Notes: generated by a model not told the origin, from the letters alone. Positions 1-10,625 are shown, counted from the stretch's first letter. The stretch is 64,000 bases of DNA from an uncultured Myxococcales bacterium (GCA_937868485.1 CALMML010000112.1:4161-68160); one strand, 5' to 3'. A program made the numbers and translations.

Positions 1-806
1 CCGTTAATGGCCTTAATCAAGTCGGCGTTTTGCAGTCCAATCTTGGAAAAGATGGACGCTGTGCGGATATTGTAAAGCTTGAAGCCCGACGGCTTTCCGT
101 CCTTGATCCACGGAACAAATCGAGCACTCGTAGCCAGCGCGGTGGTATTGGCCAATACCTTGTCGATCAGGCTCTTATCGACTTCACAGTTGCTGCCCGT
201 GCAGCGAACGCCCTTTTCGACATCTTTTTCAATGCCGGTCGGGTCTGTCGTGCTCGGCTCTGCGGAAGCCACAGCGCTGGGCGGCGGCGGTGGCGGCTCT
301 TTGTCGCTGGTCAGGTACTCGATGCGCTTGCCCACGACCAAGTAGACACGGCCTTCGATGACCTGCGCGACGATGGCACCGCCTTGCGTCAGCTTGTCAC
401 CGCGACGGAAGATGCCCACTCGCTTGCGATCATCGCTGGTGTCACGAATGACCGCCATCGACCAGTCCCAGTCGCCCGGTGACACCATCGTCGCCACCAG
501 CGCCAGCGGCAGGCTGCTTCGCTGCGGCGTCTGATCGACCGGACCCTCTTCCTGCGCTTTTTCCGGCGTCAGCGAGATCGGCGCGCAGCTACTACAGAAG
601 ATGTTGCGACGAAGAATCGCCTCGATGTCTTTGGAACGGCTCTTTTCGGCGCTGGTCGCAACGCTGGCTTCCCGCCTCGGGAACGGTGGACCATCGCCTC
701 GCAAAAGGACCGAAACCGCCGAGTTTGCCGTCGTGCGACCGACCAGCGCAGCACAAACTCCGACGACAAGAAGGTTTACGACCCAGAAGTAGTTCTTGAC
801 TAGCAC
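1..806 (-). CDS. GspC-like type II secretion component (N-terminal TM helix, PDZ-like C-terminal region). 3' partial; the C-terminus runs off the window start.
   Basis: Minus-strand frame is open from a GTG at 806 (in-frame stop just upstream at 834-836) to position 1. Translation begins VKNYFWVVNLLVVGVCAALVG (TM) and ends ...GFKLYNIRTASIFSKIGLQNADLIKAING, a PDZ-like G-x-L...D-x-I-x-x-ING motif. It is absent from the ORF track only because it is truncated by the window edge. Confidence 0.45.
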   Translation of the reverse strand, partial: MLVKNYFWVVNLLVVGVCAALVGRTTANSAVSVLLRGDGPPFPRREASVATSAEKSRSKDIEAILRRNIFCSSCAPISLTPEKAQEEGPVDQTPQRSSLPLALVATMVSPGDWDWSMAVIRDTSDDRKRVGIFRRGDKLTQGGAIVAQVIEGRVYLVVGKRIEYLTSDKEPPPPPPSAVASAEPSTTDPTGIEKDVEKGVRCTGSNCEVDKSLIDKVLANTTALATSARFVPWIKDGKPSGFKLYNIRTASIFSKIGLQNADLIKAIN

Positions 807-1115
807 GGCCTTTGACTCCGCCTCAGCCCAGAGCTAATGCAAAGCCTGGGCCATCTTCGCTACGCAGACAGAACCGTCGGCTCGACGAGGACTTCGCCAC
901 ACCGGACCTTCGCTTCGCTCGCTGCGGCTGCCAGTTTGACACAGTGACCAGCCGACGCCGCCAGCTACTTTGCCAATTTGACAAGCGACCCAGACCAAGG
1001 TGTGCGGCCCCTGACCACTTCGACGACACCAGGGTCGGCCCGGCTGAGCGGCTCGCCGAAGCGGTCGCACCATCGCGCCGGAAATCGCGGTATGCTGAAC
1101 AAGTCCTAGGAAACC

Positions 1116-2060
1116 TTGATGTTGGTGTCGATCTCCGAGGGTGTGCTGCTGGAACGGGCTGTCGCGACCGGGCTGATTTCCGCAGTGGATGTTGCAGCGG
1201 CGCGCGCGGATCAAACGACGCTGACGAGGCCTCGCAAGTGGGGGCTGCTGCTCGATCGACTGATCGCATCCGGGAAGCTGAGCGACGAACAGGTTCGACA
1301 GCTGCACGACGACTTCATGCGCGGAACGCCAGGTGCGGCGGCGCTCGACCGAACGATGGACGGCGGGCTGGCGCGCACGATGGACGGCGGGCCGGTTCAG
1401 ACGAGCGACCACATCTTGGACCAGACGATCGACGGAGTGCTGGCGCAGACCATGGACAGCGGGCCCGATCGGGCCAAAGCAAGTCCGTCGGTGGCTCCGG
1501 TCAGTCCGTCGCCCAGCTTTCCCGCGCCACACTGGGACAAGTACGAGTTTTTGGAGCTGCTCGGACGAGGTGGTATGGGCGCTGTCTATCGGGCCCGCGA
1601 CCGACGGCTCGGTCGGCTGGTCGCGCTGAAGTTCATTCACGGCGACGATCCGGGGCTGATTCAGCGCTTTTTGCAGGAAGCCCGCTCGCAAGCACGGCTC
1701 GATCACCCGTTTATCTGCAAGGTCTTCGAAGTCGGCACCGTCGATAGCAAGCCCTACATCGCGATGGAGCTGGTCGACGGACGCACGCTCGACCGTCTGA
1801 GCCCGCAGCTTACGCTGAGCAACAAGCTCCAGATCGTCAAAGACACCGCCGAAGCGCTTCACCACGCCCACGAGCAAGGCATCGTCCACCGCGACATTAA
1901 GCCGTCTACCGATGTTCCCCTCGAACTGTCCGAAAAGACTTCCCTTTTCCGAAGAAGTATGCATGGGAAGTCAGCGCACGCGGGGAGGCCGGCAAGACGG
2001 ACGCCGCCCGCGCAATCGGACACGCTCCTTAGCCCGACTTTGGCGCAGACGGCTGCATAA
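1116..2060 (+). CDS. Hanks-type Ser/Thr protein kinase, N-terminal fragment. The gene is disrupted; the frame continues into inserted DNA after the catalytic loop. Likely a pseudogene piece.
   Basis: Glycine loop [14 protein letters not shown]-like ALKF, conserved E (QEARS), and HRDIKPS catalytic loop. After HRDIKPS the translation becomes non-kinase ([10 protein letters not shown]...). The missing continuation NIMIEQ...DFG...APE sits at 6452 onward. Confidence 0.8.
   Translation: MMLVSISEGVLLERAVATGLISAVDVAAARADQTTLTRPRKWGLLLDRLIASGKLSDEQVRQLHDDFMRGTPGAAALDRTMDGGLARTMDGGPVQTSDHILDQTIDGVLAQTMDSGPDRAKASPSVAPVSPSPSFPAPHWDKYEFLELLGRGGMGAVYRARDRRLGRLVALKFIHGDDPGLIQRFLQEARSQARLDHPFICKVFEVGTVDSKPYIAMELVDGRTLDRLSPQLTLSNKLQIVKDTAEALHHAHEQGIVHRDIKPSTDVPLELSEKTSLFRRSMHGKSAHAGRPARRTPPAQSDTLLSPTLAQTAA
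1902..1908. repeat. Left copy of a 7-bp direct repeat CCGTCTA at the kinase/insert junction (target-site-duplication-like).
   Basis: aagCCGTCTAccgat here versus cagCCGTCTAacatc at 6445-6451. Joining the flanks restores HRDIKPSNIMIEQRTDGGFRPVLMDFGLAR. Confidence 0.55.
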
Positions 2061-3936
2061 GACGCTGCAAGATCTGCTGTGCCGACTCTTCCGCTGACAG
2101 CGTCGTCGTATCAAGGCGCAGCTCGGGAGACTCCGGTGGCTCGTAGGGAGAGTCAATTCCCGTAAAGTTTTTGAGCTGCTTCGCACGCGCCTTTTTGTAA
2201 AGACCCTTGGGATCGCGACGCTCTGCTTCCGCAACCGGCGTGTCGACGAAGATCTCCAGGAACTCACCCGGCGCAAACAGACTTCGCGCCAGCGCACGCT
2301 CGGAACGGAATGGCGAGATAAACGCCACCAGCACAATCAGTCCGGCATCGACCATCAGCTTCGCAACTTCCGCCACACGGCGAATGTTTTCCACGCGATC
2401 CGCTGCGGTAAATCCCAGGTCTTTGCTGAGTCCGTGCCGGATGTTGTCTCCGTCGAGCAGATAGGTGTGTTTTCCCTGCGCGTAGAGCTTCTTTTCGAGC
2501 AGGTTCGCAATCGTCGACTTGCCCGCGCCCGATAGTCCCGTAAACCACAGCACGCACGGCGTCTGTCCCTTCTGCGCCGCGCGCGTCTCTTTGTTCAGAT
2601 CGAGCGCTTGCCAGTGAATGTTGTCCGCTCGTCGGAGAGCGAAGTGAACCAGACCCGCCGCCGCCGTTGTGTTGCTGATGCGATCGATCAGGATGAAGCC
2701 TCCGGTTTCCCGGTGTTCCTGATACGGATCAAACGTGATCGCGCGATCAATGCTCAGGTTACAGACTGCGATTTCGTTGAGTCCCAGCGTGCGCGCCACC
2801 ACCTGATCCAGCGTGTTTACATTGACCTTGTGACGAAGCGAAGTCACCGTCGCTGTAGCGAGCTGCGTTCCGATCTTGATGAGATAGGGACGACCGGGCA
2901 AAAGCGGCTCCTCTTGCATCCAGATCAGCGTGGCTTGCAGCTGATCCGCACAGGTCGCAGGATGCACGGGATCCACCAGCAGATCGCCTCTGCTCACATC
3001 GATTTCTTGTGTCAGGGAAACGGTCACAGACTGTCCCGCGCAGGCTTCCTTTTGCAATCCGTTTGCGCCCCAGATCGAAGCCACTTCCGCGATGATTCCC
3101 GACGGCATCACCCGCAGCTTGGCGCCTTCCTGAATCACTCCGCTAGCGACCAGTCCTGAAAAGCCACGGAAGTCCTGATGCGGACGATTCACCCACTGCA
3201 CCGGAAGTCGAAACGGCTGACTCTGCGGCGAATGGGACACATCCACCGTTTCCAAATGATCGAGCAGAGTCGGTCCCTCATAGTACGGAGTCTGGCTACT
3301 TCGCGCAGTAACATTGTCCCCTTTGAGCGCCGAGATAGGAATCGCCAGCACGTCGGACAGACTGATGCGCGCCGCAAACTCTGCGTACTCCTTTTGGATC
3401 GCAGAAAAGACCGCACGATCAAAGCCCACTGCATCCATCTTGTTGATCGCCAGCACCACTTTGCGAATGCCCAGCAGAGACACCAGATAGCTGTGTCTGC
3501 GCGTCTGGGTCAGCACTCCTTTGCGCGCATCAATGAGCAGAATCGCCAGCTCACAGTTGCTGGCCGCTGTCACCATGTTGCGCGTGTACTGCTCATGTCC
3601 TGGTGTATCAGCGACGATGAACTTGCGCTTGTCGGTTGAAAAGAAGCGATACGCAACATCGATCGTGATGCCTTGCTCGCGCTCTGCGGCCAGTCCATCA
3701 ACAAGCAGAGACAGATCCAGATCTTCGCTCTGTGGATTCCGTTTTTTCGACTCTGCTTCAATCGCCGCCAGATGATCCGCAAAGATCAGCTTCGATTCAT
3801 ACAGCAGCCTTCCGATCAGCGTGCTCTTGCCATCATCGACGCTGCCGCAGGTCATAAAGCGCAAAAGACTCTTTCCTTCATGCGCCTTGAGGTACTGCTC
3901 AATGTCAGCCGCGATCAGCTCGGACTTGTGAGACAT
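2029..3936 (-). CDS. cysNC: Bifunctional sulfate adenylyltransferase subunit 1 / adenylylsulfate kinase (CysN/CysC).
   Basis: N-terminal GTPase motifs [19 protein letters not shown]-terminal APS kinase P-loop GLSGAGKST. 635 aa. Confidence 0.9.
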   Translation of the reverse strand: MSHKSELIAADIEQYLKAHEGKSLLRFMTCGSVDDGKSTLIGRLLYESKLIFADHLAAIEAESKKRNPQSEDLDLSLLVDGLAAEREQGITIDVAYRFFSTDKRKFIVADTPGHEQYTRNMVTAASNCELAILLIDARKGVLTQTRRHSYLVSLLGIRKVVLAINKMDAVGFDRAVFSAIQKEYAEFAARISLSDVLAIPISALKGDNVTARSSQTPYYEGPTLLDHLETVDVSHSPQSQPFRLPVQWVNRPHQDFRGFSGLVASGVIQEGAKLRVMPSGIIAEVASIWGANGLQKEACAGQSVTVSLTQEIDVSRGDLLVDPVHPATCADQLQATLIWMQEEPLLPGRPYLIKIGTQLATATVTSLRHKVNVNTLDQVVARTLGLNEIAVCNLSIDRAITFDPYQEHRETGGFILIDRISNTTAAAGLVHFALRRADNIHWQALDLNKETRAAQKGQTPCVLWFTGLSGAGKSTIANLLEKKLYAQGKHTYLLDGDNIRHGLSKDLGFTAADRVENIRRVAEVAKLMVDAGLIVLVAFISPFRSERALARSLFAPGEFLEIFVDTPVAEAERRDPKGLYKKARAKQLKNFTGIDSPYEPPESPELRLDTTTLSAEESAQQILQRLMQPSAPKSG

Positions 3937-4835
3937 TAGAAGTATCCTTCCTGCTTCTTTTTTTCCATCGAGGCCGCTTGATCGTGATCAATCGCGCGTC
4001 CTTGTCGCTCGGAAGTCGTCGTCAGCAGCATCTCTTGAATGATCGCGGGCAGCGTGTCTGCTTCGCTTTCAATCGCGCCGGTCAGCGGATAACAACCAAG
4101 CGTTCGGAAACGGACTTTCTTGCGCTGCGGAGTCTCTCCTTCCCGCAGCGGCAAGCGATCATCATCCACCATCAAGAGCATTCCGCCGCGCTCAACCACC
4201 GGACGCTCTGCCGCAAAGTAGAGCGGAACGATCGGAATCTGTTCCAGGTAGATGTACTGCCAGACATCCAGCTCGGTCCAGTTCGACAAAGGAAAGACAC
4301 GGATGCTCTCTCCCTTGCGCTTGCGGGTGTTGTAAAGCCGCCACAGCTCTGGACGCTGATTCTTCGGATCCCAGCGATGATCCGCACTGCGAAAGGAAAA
4401 CACGCGCTCTTTGGCTCGCGACTTTTCCTCATCGCGGCGCGCACCCCCAATCGCTGCATCAAAGCCATGCAGATCGAGCGCACGCTTGAGCGCCTGCGTC
4501 TTCATCACATCGGTATGCACCGACGATCCGTGCGTAAACGGACTGATGCCCGCATCCAGTCCTTCCTGATGGATGTAGACAATCAGGTTGAGCGATTCCT
4601 GCTGCGCAACCTGATCGCGAAAAGAGATCATCTCGCGAAACTTCCAGGTCGTATCCACATGCAGAAGCGGAAACGGAATCCGTCCCGGTGCAAACGCTTT
4701 CTTGGCCAGGTGCAGCATCACCGAGCTGTCCTTGCCAATCGAGTACATCATCACAGGACGCTCGCACTCTGCGACCACTTCTCGCAGGATGTGAATGCTC
4801 TCTGCTTCGAGCCGTTGTAGATGGGTCAGCGACAT
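3936..4835 (-). CDS. cysD: Sulfate adenylyltransferase subunit 2 (CysD).
   Basis: PAPS-reductase-like ATP pyrophosphatase fold. Motif [13 protein letters not shown] is typical CysD. It overlaps the cysNC start by 1 bp, consistent with an operon. Confidence 0.9.
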   Translation of the reverse strand: MSLTHLQRLEAESIHILREVVAECERPVMMYSIGKDSSVMLHLAKKAFAPGRIPFPLLHVDTTWKFREMISFRDQVAQQESLNLIVYIHQEGLDAGISPFTHGSSVHTDVMKTQALKRALDLHGFDAAIGGARRDEEKSRAKERVFSFRSADHRWDPKNQRPELWRLYNTRKRKGESIRVFPLSNWTELDVWQYIYLEQIPIVPLYFAAERPVVERGGMLLMVDDDRLPLREGETPQRKKVRFRTLGCYPLTGAIESEADTLPAIIQEMLLTTTSERQGRAIDHDQAASMEKKKQEGYF

Positions 4836-4970
4836 GCTCTCTCCGATTCGGTAGTGGTCCTACAACGCCCAGCCAAAAAAGTCAGCAGAGAACTTTTCGC
4901 GAAGACATACCGAGCCAATATTATGCATCTATTCTGCTTCATATTGTGACGTCCGTCGATCGCACAAGCG

Positions 4971-6311
4971 GTGTTCGGGAATCATCGCTGTGCGCACAGA
5001 CCTTGCGTTACAGGCTTGCGACTCTGCGCCGAATCCCGCATCGTCTTGCAGATGACGCGACACCTCGATCTTCGCCGCTTGGGACAGTGGATCCTGCTGG
5101 GTCACGTCGTGGGAGCGGTCTGTGGTGCGGGCTCTGCGCTGTTTTTGTGGCTGCTCGATCTGGCCACCAACACGCGCGTACAGCATCCGCAGATCGTGTA
5201 TGCACTGCCGCTTGCCGGCCTTGGGATCGGCTGGTTTTATCAGCGCTTTGGTCAGCCGGTGAAGGCTGGTAGTAACCTGGTGATTGATACGATCTCGGAC
5301 AACGGTCCAGAGCTGCCGCTGCGAATGGCCCCGATGGTGCTGTTCGGAACGGTCCTGACCCATCTGTTTGGCGGAAGCGCAGGACGCGAGGGAACTGCCG
5401 TGCAGCTTGGCGCGAGCTTGACCGACTTTCTGTCGCATCGGCTCCGTCTGTCTTCCGCACTACGGAGACAGCTTCTGTGCGCAGGAGTCGCGGGAGGCTT
5501 CGGCTCTGTGTTTGGGACTCCGATGGCAGGAATGATCTTCGGACTCGAGTTCGTGGTGCTGGGACGCATCGAGTATGAAGCGCTGGTTCCGGCTTTGATT
5601 GCCGCTCTCATCGGGGATCTGGTGACGCGCTCGCTCGGAATCGTTCACACCAGCTATCCGACGCCAGCAGCGCTGCCGCTGTCACCGCTGCTGCTTGTAA
5701 AGTGGCTGCTGTTTGCCATCGCGACTGCGCTCACCACCACGCTGTTTATTGAGCTGGTTCATGCACTGAAAAAGCAAGGCGAGCGCTTCCTTCCGCAGCT
5801 CTCTGTTCGCATGATGCTGGGTGGTCTGTCTGTGCTCGCGCTGTGGAAGCTGTTCGGAAGCGACGACTACTTGGGCTTGGGCGTTCCCACCATCGTGCGC
5901 GCGTTTACCGATCCGACCCTTCCGTCCTATTCCTTTGCGGCCAAGCTTCTGTTTACTGCGCTCACGATCGGAGCGGGCTTTTTGGGCGGGGAAGTGACTC
6001 CGCTCTTTTTCATTGGAGCCACGCTAGGGAATGTCCTTGCGCAGTTCCTAGGAATCCCGCTGTCCCTGGGCGCTGGCGTCGGTCTGGCTGCGGTGTTTGC
6101 TGCGGCATCGAACACTCCGCTGGCGCTGTCTGTGATGGCGGTGGAGCTGCTGGGAGCCCACGTCTTGCCGCACGTTGTGATTGTCTGTGTGCTGTCCTAT
6201 CTGCTGTGCGGACACCGCAGCATCTACCAAGCGCAGCGACTCCTTCGCACCAAGTCGGGATCAGAGCTTGCGCAGATGACCACGCTTCGTCACGACTCCG
6301 GTTCCACGTAA
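4971..6311 (+). CDS. ClC family chloride channel / H+-Cl- exchanger.
   Basis: GSAGREGT, GxFxP-like and GGEVTPLFFIGATLG motifs. Polytopic membrane protein. The start could instead be the internal M at about 5052 (MTRHLDLRRLGQW...). An AT-rich divergent promoter region (4836-4970) is shared with cysD. Confidence 0.8.
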   Translation: MFGNHRCAHRPCVTGLRLCAESRIVLQMTRHLDLRRLGQWILLGHVVGAVCGAGSALFLWLLDLATNTRVQHPQIVYALPLAGLGIGWFYQRFGQPVKAGSNLVIDTISDNGPELPLRMAPMVLFGTVLTHLFGGSAGREGTAVQLGASLTDFLSHRLRLSSALRRQLLCAGVAGGFGSVFGTPMAGMIFGLEFVVLGRIEYEALVPALIAALIGDLVTRSLGIVHTSYPTPAALPLSPLLLVKWLLFAIATALTTTLFIELVHALKKQGERFLPQLSVRMMLGGLSVLALWKLFGSDDYLGLGVPTIVRAFTDPTLPSYSFAAKLLFTALTIGAGFLGGEVTPLFFIGATLGNVLAQFLGIPLSLGAGVGLAAVFAAASNTPLALSVMAVELLGAHVLPHVVIVCVLSYLLCGHRSIYQAQRLLRTKSGSELAQMTTLRHDSGST

Positions 6312-6326
6312 ACACAACCAGATTCC

Positions 6327-6356
6327 CAGCGCTGCGCAGGCTCCTACGCAGCGCTG
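6327..6356 (+). terminator. GC-rich hairpin just downstream of the ClC gene (cagcgctgcg-N10-cgcagcgctg).
   Basis: Perfect 10-bp inverted repeat with a 10-nt loop, 16 bp after the stop codon. No U-tract follows, which is common in high-GC genomes. Confidence 0.5.
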
Positions 6357-6444
6357 CACGCCTTCCCTCCCACTTCCGAACAGAGTCTCTGCATCCCGAT
6401 ACTCCGACGGAAACGATGCAAAGATTGATCGACCAAGGAAGCAG

Positions 6445-6451
6445 CCGTCTA
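6445..6451. repeat. Right copy of the 7-bp direct repeat CCGTCTA.
   Basis: See 1902-1908. Confidence 0.55.
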
Positions 6452-6456
6452 ACATC

Positions 6457-9165
6457 ATGATCGAGCAGCGCACGGACGGCGGCTTTCGTCCGGTGCTGAT
6501 GGACTTCGGTCTGGCGCGCGAAAGTGGCGACTCCCATGGACTCACAGAGTCCGGTGCGGTGATGGGAACGCCTGCGTATATGTCGCCGGAGCAAGCACGC
6601 GGAGAAGCACGACGGCTCGATCGACGCAGCGATGTCTACAGCTTGGGTGCGACGCTGTATGAAGTGCTGGTTGGACGGCCTCCGTTTGAAGATCAGACCG
6701 TCATCAACATCCTGCTCAAGGTGATGAACGATCCGCCGACTCCACTGCGGAGCCTCGATCCGCAGATCCCGGAAGCGGTGGAGCTGGTGGTCAGCAAGTG
6801 TCTGAACAAGGAACCCGAGCAGCGCTATCAGACGGCCAAGGCGCTCGCAGAGGATCTCGGTCGGTATCTGTCCACAGAGCGCGTGCAGGCCAAGCGGCTG
6901 AGCTATACGTATCGGCTGACCTACTGGGCGCGTCAGAATCGAACGCTGGCAGCACTCGCAGCGATCCTGTGTGTGACCGTGATCAGCGCGCTAGGAATCG
7001 GCATCCGAGCGCGGATCATCGCGGTGCAAAAGGAACGTCGCGCCAAAGAGCAAGCCGAGCTTTCCCGTCGGATTGGACAGTCTGTTCAAGATCTAGAGTG
7101 GGTCGCACGCACTGCGTATCTGCTGCCGCTTCATGACACGTCCTATGAACAGAAGCTCGTGCGGGATCGCATGACAGAGATCCAGCAAGAGCTGCAAGGA
7201 CACAGCGACAGTGGGCCTCGGCTGGAAGCGTATGCGCGTGGACGTGGACTGTTGGCGCTGCACGACTTTGGCGGCGCACAAACAGAGCTAGCGCGTGCAG
7301 AGCGGCTGGGACATGTCGATCTCGAGCTGGACTATGCACTCGGTCGCGCGCTCGGTGAGCTGTATTCCCAAGCGCTCGATGATGCACGCAAGAGCGGTGA
7401 CAAGAGCTTCTTTGAAAAGCGCAAGGCAGAGCTGGATGCAGAGCTGCTCCGTCCGGCGCTGCGTTACCTACAGCGGAGTCGCGCGCTGCGCAGTGTGTCG
7501 TCTCTGTATGTCGAAGGACTGATTGCCTACTTTCAGCAGGACTTCGACCTGGCCCTGACCCGCGCAGAGCAGGCCCAGAAGCTGGCCCCGTGGCTGTATG
7601 AAGCGGTGAAGCTGGGCGGCGATGTCTTGTTGGAGCGCGCTCGGGCCGAGCGAGATCGCGGCGAGCACGATCGCGCAGCGCAGCACTTTGCAGAGTCCGT
7701 CGCGCGCTACAAGCAAGCCGCAGAGATTGGCCGCAGCGATCACAGCGTCCACGAAGCACTGGCCGAAGCCTACATCCGCTGGGAAGAGCTGGACTACTTC
7801 CGAGGCAAAAACCCCGAGCCCTATCTCCAAGAAGCCCTGCGCGCTGCCGACAAGGCCCTTGTCGCTGCCCCCAAAGCCTCCCACGGCCACACCAAAAAGG
7901 CGTTTGCCTATTATTTCTACGGCGAATATTCAAAACAGCATTTATCACCACAACAAACACGAATGCTCAGAAAGAACCAGATCGAGGAAGGCATTAGTGC
8001 GACCATTCAACATCACGATGACCCATATGCCCACGAAATCACTGGCCTTGGTTTTTGCAGAGCAGCAGAAGTAGACTCAGAAAACAGCAAATCTCACATA
8101 AAAAATGCAGTCTTTTATCTTGATAAATCAGTCAGAATAAACCAGCGATTCCCATGGGCCTACAACGACTATGCCATTGCGCTGCTGGCAGAGTCCAAGC
8201 TCCAGCAGCAGTCCAATCAAAGCCCGATTGACACGATCCAGCGTGCGGTTGCCCTGGCCGAGCAAGCGCTGACGATTGACCCAGGATACATCTATGCGAT
8301 GAATACCATCACTGCAGCCAGCCTGCGTGCCAGCACCTGGCTGATCGAGCATGGCCAAGATCCCAGCGTCTGGATTCAAAAAGGGATTCAAGCCGCATCG
8401 CAAGTCCTAGCGATAAACAAGAACTTTCCACTTGCACATGGAAACATTGGCACGATCTTGATGAACAAGTCCTTTTACGAATTACTGGCTGGAATCAATC
8501 TATCTGGCAGCAAAACTGCTTGCATTTCATCCTTTCGTCAAATGATCAACATCTCAGGATCCTCAGCGGATGTACAAAGCTACATTGCCATCCTTCATCA
8601 CTTTGAAGCGCTACAAATCTTACAAAATAAAAACAACCCGTCTGCAACCATTGACGAAGGACTCAAAGCCATCGAGTCATGCACAAACACGATCAACAAA
8701 GATCCATACTGCATAGATGCACAGGCTCGTCTTTTATCAGCAAAATCAGCATGGCTCATTGAAAACAAGCAAGATTTTAAGACAACGCTAGAGCAATCAT
8801 ACCGACTTGCACAGACAGCCGCTCAGAGTCTGGGCGACGAACCGGATGCTCTCCTTTCCCTGGGAGAAATTGCTCTCTTGCTGATAACGGAAGGTTCAAT
8901 ACCGCAGGCACGACGACTCGCTGTCATCCAGCAAGGCATTGGCGGACTAGACAGAGCGCTGGCGAATCAGCTGGGCTGGCCGCGTGCCTTGGTTGTCAAA
9001 GGGGCGCTGCTGCGCGTTCGGGCGCAGGGTGAGCGGGGCATTCAGCGACAATCGACGCTGCGGATGGCGAGGGATGCACTGAAGGAAGGGCTGGCGGGGA
9101 ATCCGCTGCTTAGGCGACAGTACGGCACGACGCTGGCAGAGCTGGAGCAACAGCTCGCACCGTAA
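6457..9165 (+). CDS. Ser/Thr kinase C-lobe (DFG through APE to subdomain XI) fused to a ~700 aa TPR-like helical repeat domain. This is the continuation of the disrupted kinase at 1116.
   Basis: MIEQRTDGGFRPVLMDFGLAR, GTPAYMSPEQ and DVYSLGATLYEVLVGRPPF motifs. A predicted TM helix follows (LAALAAILCVTVISALGIGI), then long helical repeats. The first in-frame ATG is at 6457. Upstream in frame reads KQPSNI, matching the missing HRDIKPSNI. Confidence 0.8.
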   Translation: MIEQRTDGGFRPVLMDFGLARESGDSHGLTESGAVMGTPAYMSPEQARGEARRLDRRSDVYSLGATLYEVLVGRPPFEDQTVINILLKVMNDPPTPLRSLDPQIPEAVELVVSKCLNKEPEQRYQTAKALAEDLGRYLSTERVQAKRLSYTYRLTYWARQNRTLAALAAILCVTVISALGIGIRARIIAVQKERRAKEQAELSRRIGQSVQDLEWVARTAYLLPLHDTSYEQKLVRDRMTEIQQELQGHSDSGPRLEAYARGRGLLALHDFGGAQTELARAERLGHVDLELDYALGRALGELYSQALDDARKSGDKSFFEKRKAELDAELLRPALRYLQRSRALRSVSSLYVEGLIAYFQQDFDLALTRAEQAQKLAPWLYEAVKLGGDVLLERARAERDRGEHDRAAQHFAESVARYKQAAEIGRSDHSVHEALAEAYIRWEELDYFRGKNPEPYLQEALRAADKALVAAPKASHGHTKKAFAYYFYGEYSKQHLSPQQTRMLRKNQIEEGISATIQHHDDPYAHEITGLGFCRAAEVDSENSKSHIKNAVFYLDKSVRINQRFPWAYNDYAIALLAESKLQQQSNQSPIDTIQRAVALAEQALTIDPGYIYAMNTITAASLRASTWLIEHGQDPSVWIQKGIQAASQVLAINKNFPLAHGNIGTILMNKSFYELLAGINLSGSKTACISSFRQMINISGSSADVQSYIAILHHFEALQILQNKNNPSATIDEGLKAIESCTNTINKDPYCIDAQARLLSAKSAWLIENKQDFKTTLEQSYRLAQTAAQSLGDEPDALLSLGEIALLLITEGSIPQARRLAVIQQGIGGLDRALANQLGWPRALVVKGALLRVRAQGERGIQRQSTLRMARDALKEGLAGNPLLRRQYGTTLAELEQQLAP

Positions 9166-9192
9166 CGAAGCGATGGCGAACAGGAAAGGACG

Positions 9193-10281
9193 CTAGTTCG
9201 CGACGCACTCACCAGCGGCGCTGGTCAGGGTGCAGGGACGAGCGCTGAGCAGCACGCCAGAGTGGCTGCTGGTGCACGCCACAAAGCGACTCGGGCACTG
9301 CGTCTTGATGATGGCCAGGCGCTGTAGCAGGGTGGTGTTGGTGCTGCGGTACTCGCTTTCGTTGAAGCAGGACGCACCGTTTTCGTTCCAGAACGCCTCC
9401 ATCGTGGCGAGGGTCTGGTTCGTATCGGCGTGAATGCCGACGCGGTCTTTGACGTGAATCGTGGTCACGCCCTGCGCGGCATCGTAGCCAGTGGTCAGCG
9501 GGCTTCCTGATCCACAGACATCATCGCGCTTCATCCGCGTACACGCCTGGTGAACCGACGCCATCGAGACCGGCTTGCCCGTCACTTCGTCCGGTCGCGT
9601 TCCCCATGGACCGTAGCCCCACTCGACGCAGCCGCCGATGGCATCCTGCGAGCAGCCGAGCGTGATGGCGTTGGCATCGCTCACCTTGCTACCGCTCAGG
9701 TTCCAGCGAACGCCGCCAATCGGGATCATCGTCTCGTAGACCGTCTGGGTGGTGGTCTTGGTGACCAGTACCTCACGCGGGCACAGACCAACCGACGTGG
9801 TCGCATCGTCGGCATGGGCCGACACCCACTGTGTGGTGTAGCGGCTAAACGATCCATCGGTTGCGGTCGAAGCTGCGGTGATCCGCAGCGTTCCCGCCAG
9901 TGGCGCGGCCACCGTCAAGACCAGCTCGACCGAGGCATCTTCTGCATCGGCACCAATCACCAGAAACGATCCCTGCGCAGTGGTCAGGCTCTGTGGCGCA
10001 ATCGCCTGTCCGTTGTAGGCAATCGACGTCACCTGCGCATAGGTCAGGCTGCTGCCCGTGCTGACAAACCACGCGCCGCCCGAAAAGTACAGGCCGGTCA
10101 CCGTCTGACCTTCCAGCGTCGCCGAAAACAGCTGGTTGTAGTTGGTGCTGGACCACCCGTCTCCGCGAATCGCCTGCTGGACGGCATCCCGACTGGTGTC
10201 TTCCGGCTCGACCCCACAGCCACTTCCGATCACGCTGGCCAGACACAGAACTGAAAACATCTTGTGAAGCGACATCGTCAT
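9193..10281 (-). CDS. Hypothetical secreted lipoprotein.
   Basis: Start MTMSLHKMFSVLCLASVIGSGC gives a signal peptide plus lipobox Cys. AGGAG sits immediately upstream of the ATG. No recognisable domain. The ORF-track start at 10494 lacks an RBS, so I trimmed it to 10281. Confidence 0.55.
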   Translation of the reverse strand: MTMSLHKMFSVLCLASVIGSGCGVEPEDTSRDAVQQAIRGDGWSSTNYNQLFSATLEGQTVTGLYFSGGAWFVSTGSSLTYAQVTSIAYNGQAIAPQSLTTAQGSFLVIGADAEDASVELVLTVAAPLAGTLRITAASTATDGSFSRYTTQWVSAHADDATTSVGLCPREVLVTKTTTQTVYETMIPIGGVRWNLSGSKVSDANAITLGCSQDAIGGCVEWGYGPWGTRPDEVTGKPVSMASVHQACTRMKRDDVCGSGSPLTTGYDAAQGVTTIHVKDRVGIHADTNQTLATMEAFWNENGASCFNESEYRSTNTTLLQRLAIIKTQCPSRFVACTSSHSGVLLSARPCTLTSAAGECVAN

Positions 10282-10625
10282 CTCCTGGTTGAACTTCTCT
10301 ACGGGCGATACATCCCAAAATGCGTGCCAACAGAATCTGTAGTTTCGTCGGAGATGGGCTTGCGCAACACAGCAGAGCGCGCCGAACTCCCAACCGATAG
10401 GAATCACAAAGGAATCGAAGTCCTTCGCGGAGCAGACAGACTCCCCATCACGCACGCCTAGACAGCCCAGCTTGTGACAGTGGCACTGACACAACCGCTG
10501 TCACATGTGTCACCCCGTGCCAGACTCCCAAGCCCGGACTCCTGGGTACAGACGCCCCACGCGGGACGCCCTTCTGCAGACTCCGCAGTCCACCCCGGTA
10601 CGGACTCCCAAGCGATGCTGCACGC

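Larger units (their letters stand above)
1909..6444. other. ~4.54 kb inserted segment interrupting the kinase gene. It carries cysNC, cysD (minus), a ClC channel (plus) and its own terminator. No transposase or integrase is present.
   Basis: Kinase reading frame is perfectly continuous across the two flanks. 7-bp direct repeats sit at both ends. The insert length is not a multiple of three. Confidence 0.5.

Noticed and set aside
834-1964. 376 aa minus-strand ORF overlapping the kinase N-terminal fragment, and the 812-1747 plus ORF.
   Set aside because: These are antisense or alternate-frame shadows typical of high-GC DNA. The kinase frame has clear catalytic motifs, and these have none.
7016-7960. 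314 aa and 140 aa minus-strand ORFs inside the kinase C-terminal domain.
   Set aside because: Shadow ORFs antisense to a well-supported kinase gene. Arg/Ala/Pro-rich translations typical of non-coding frames.
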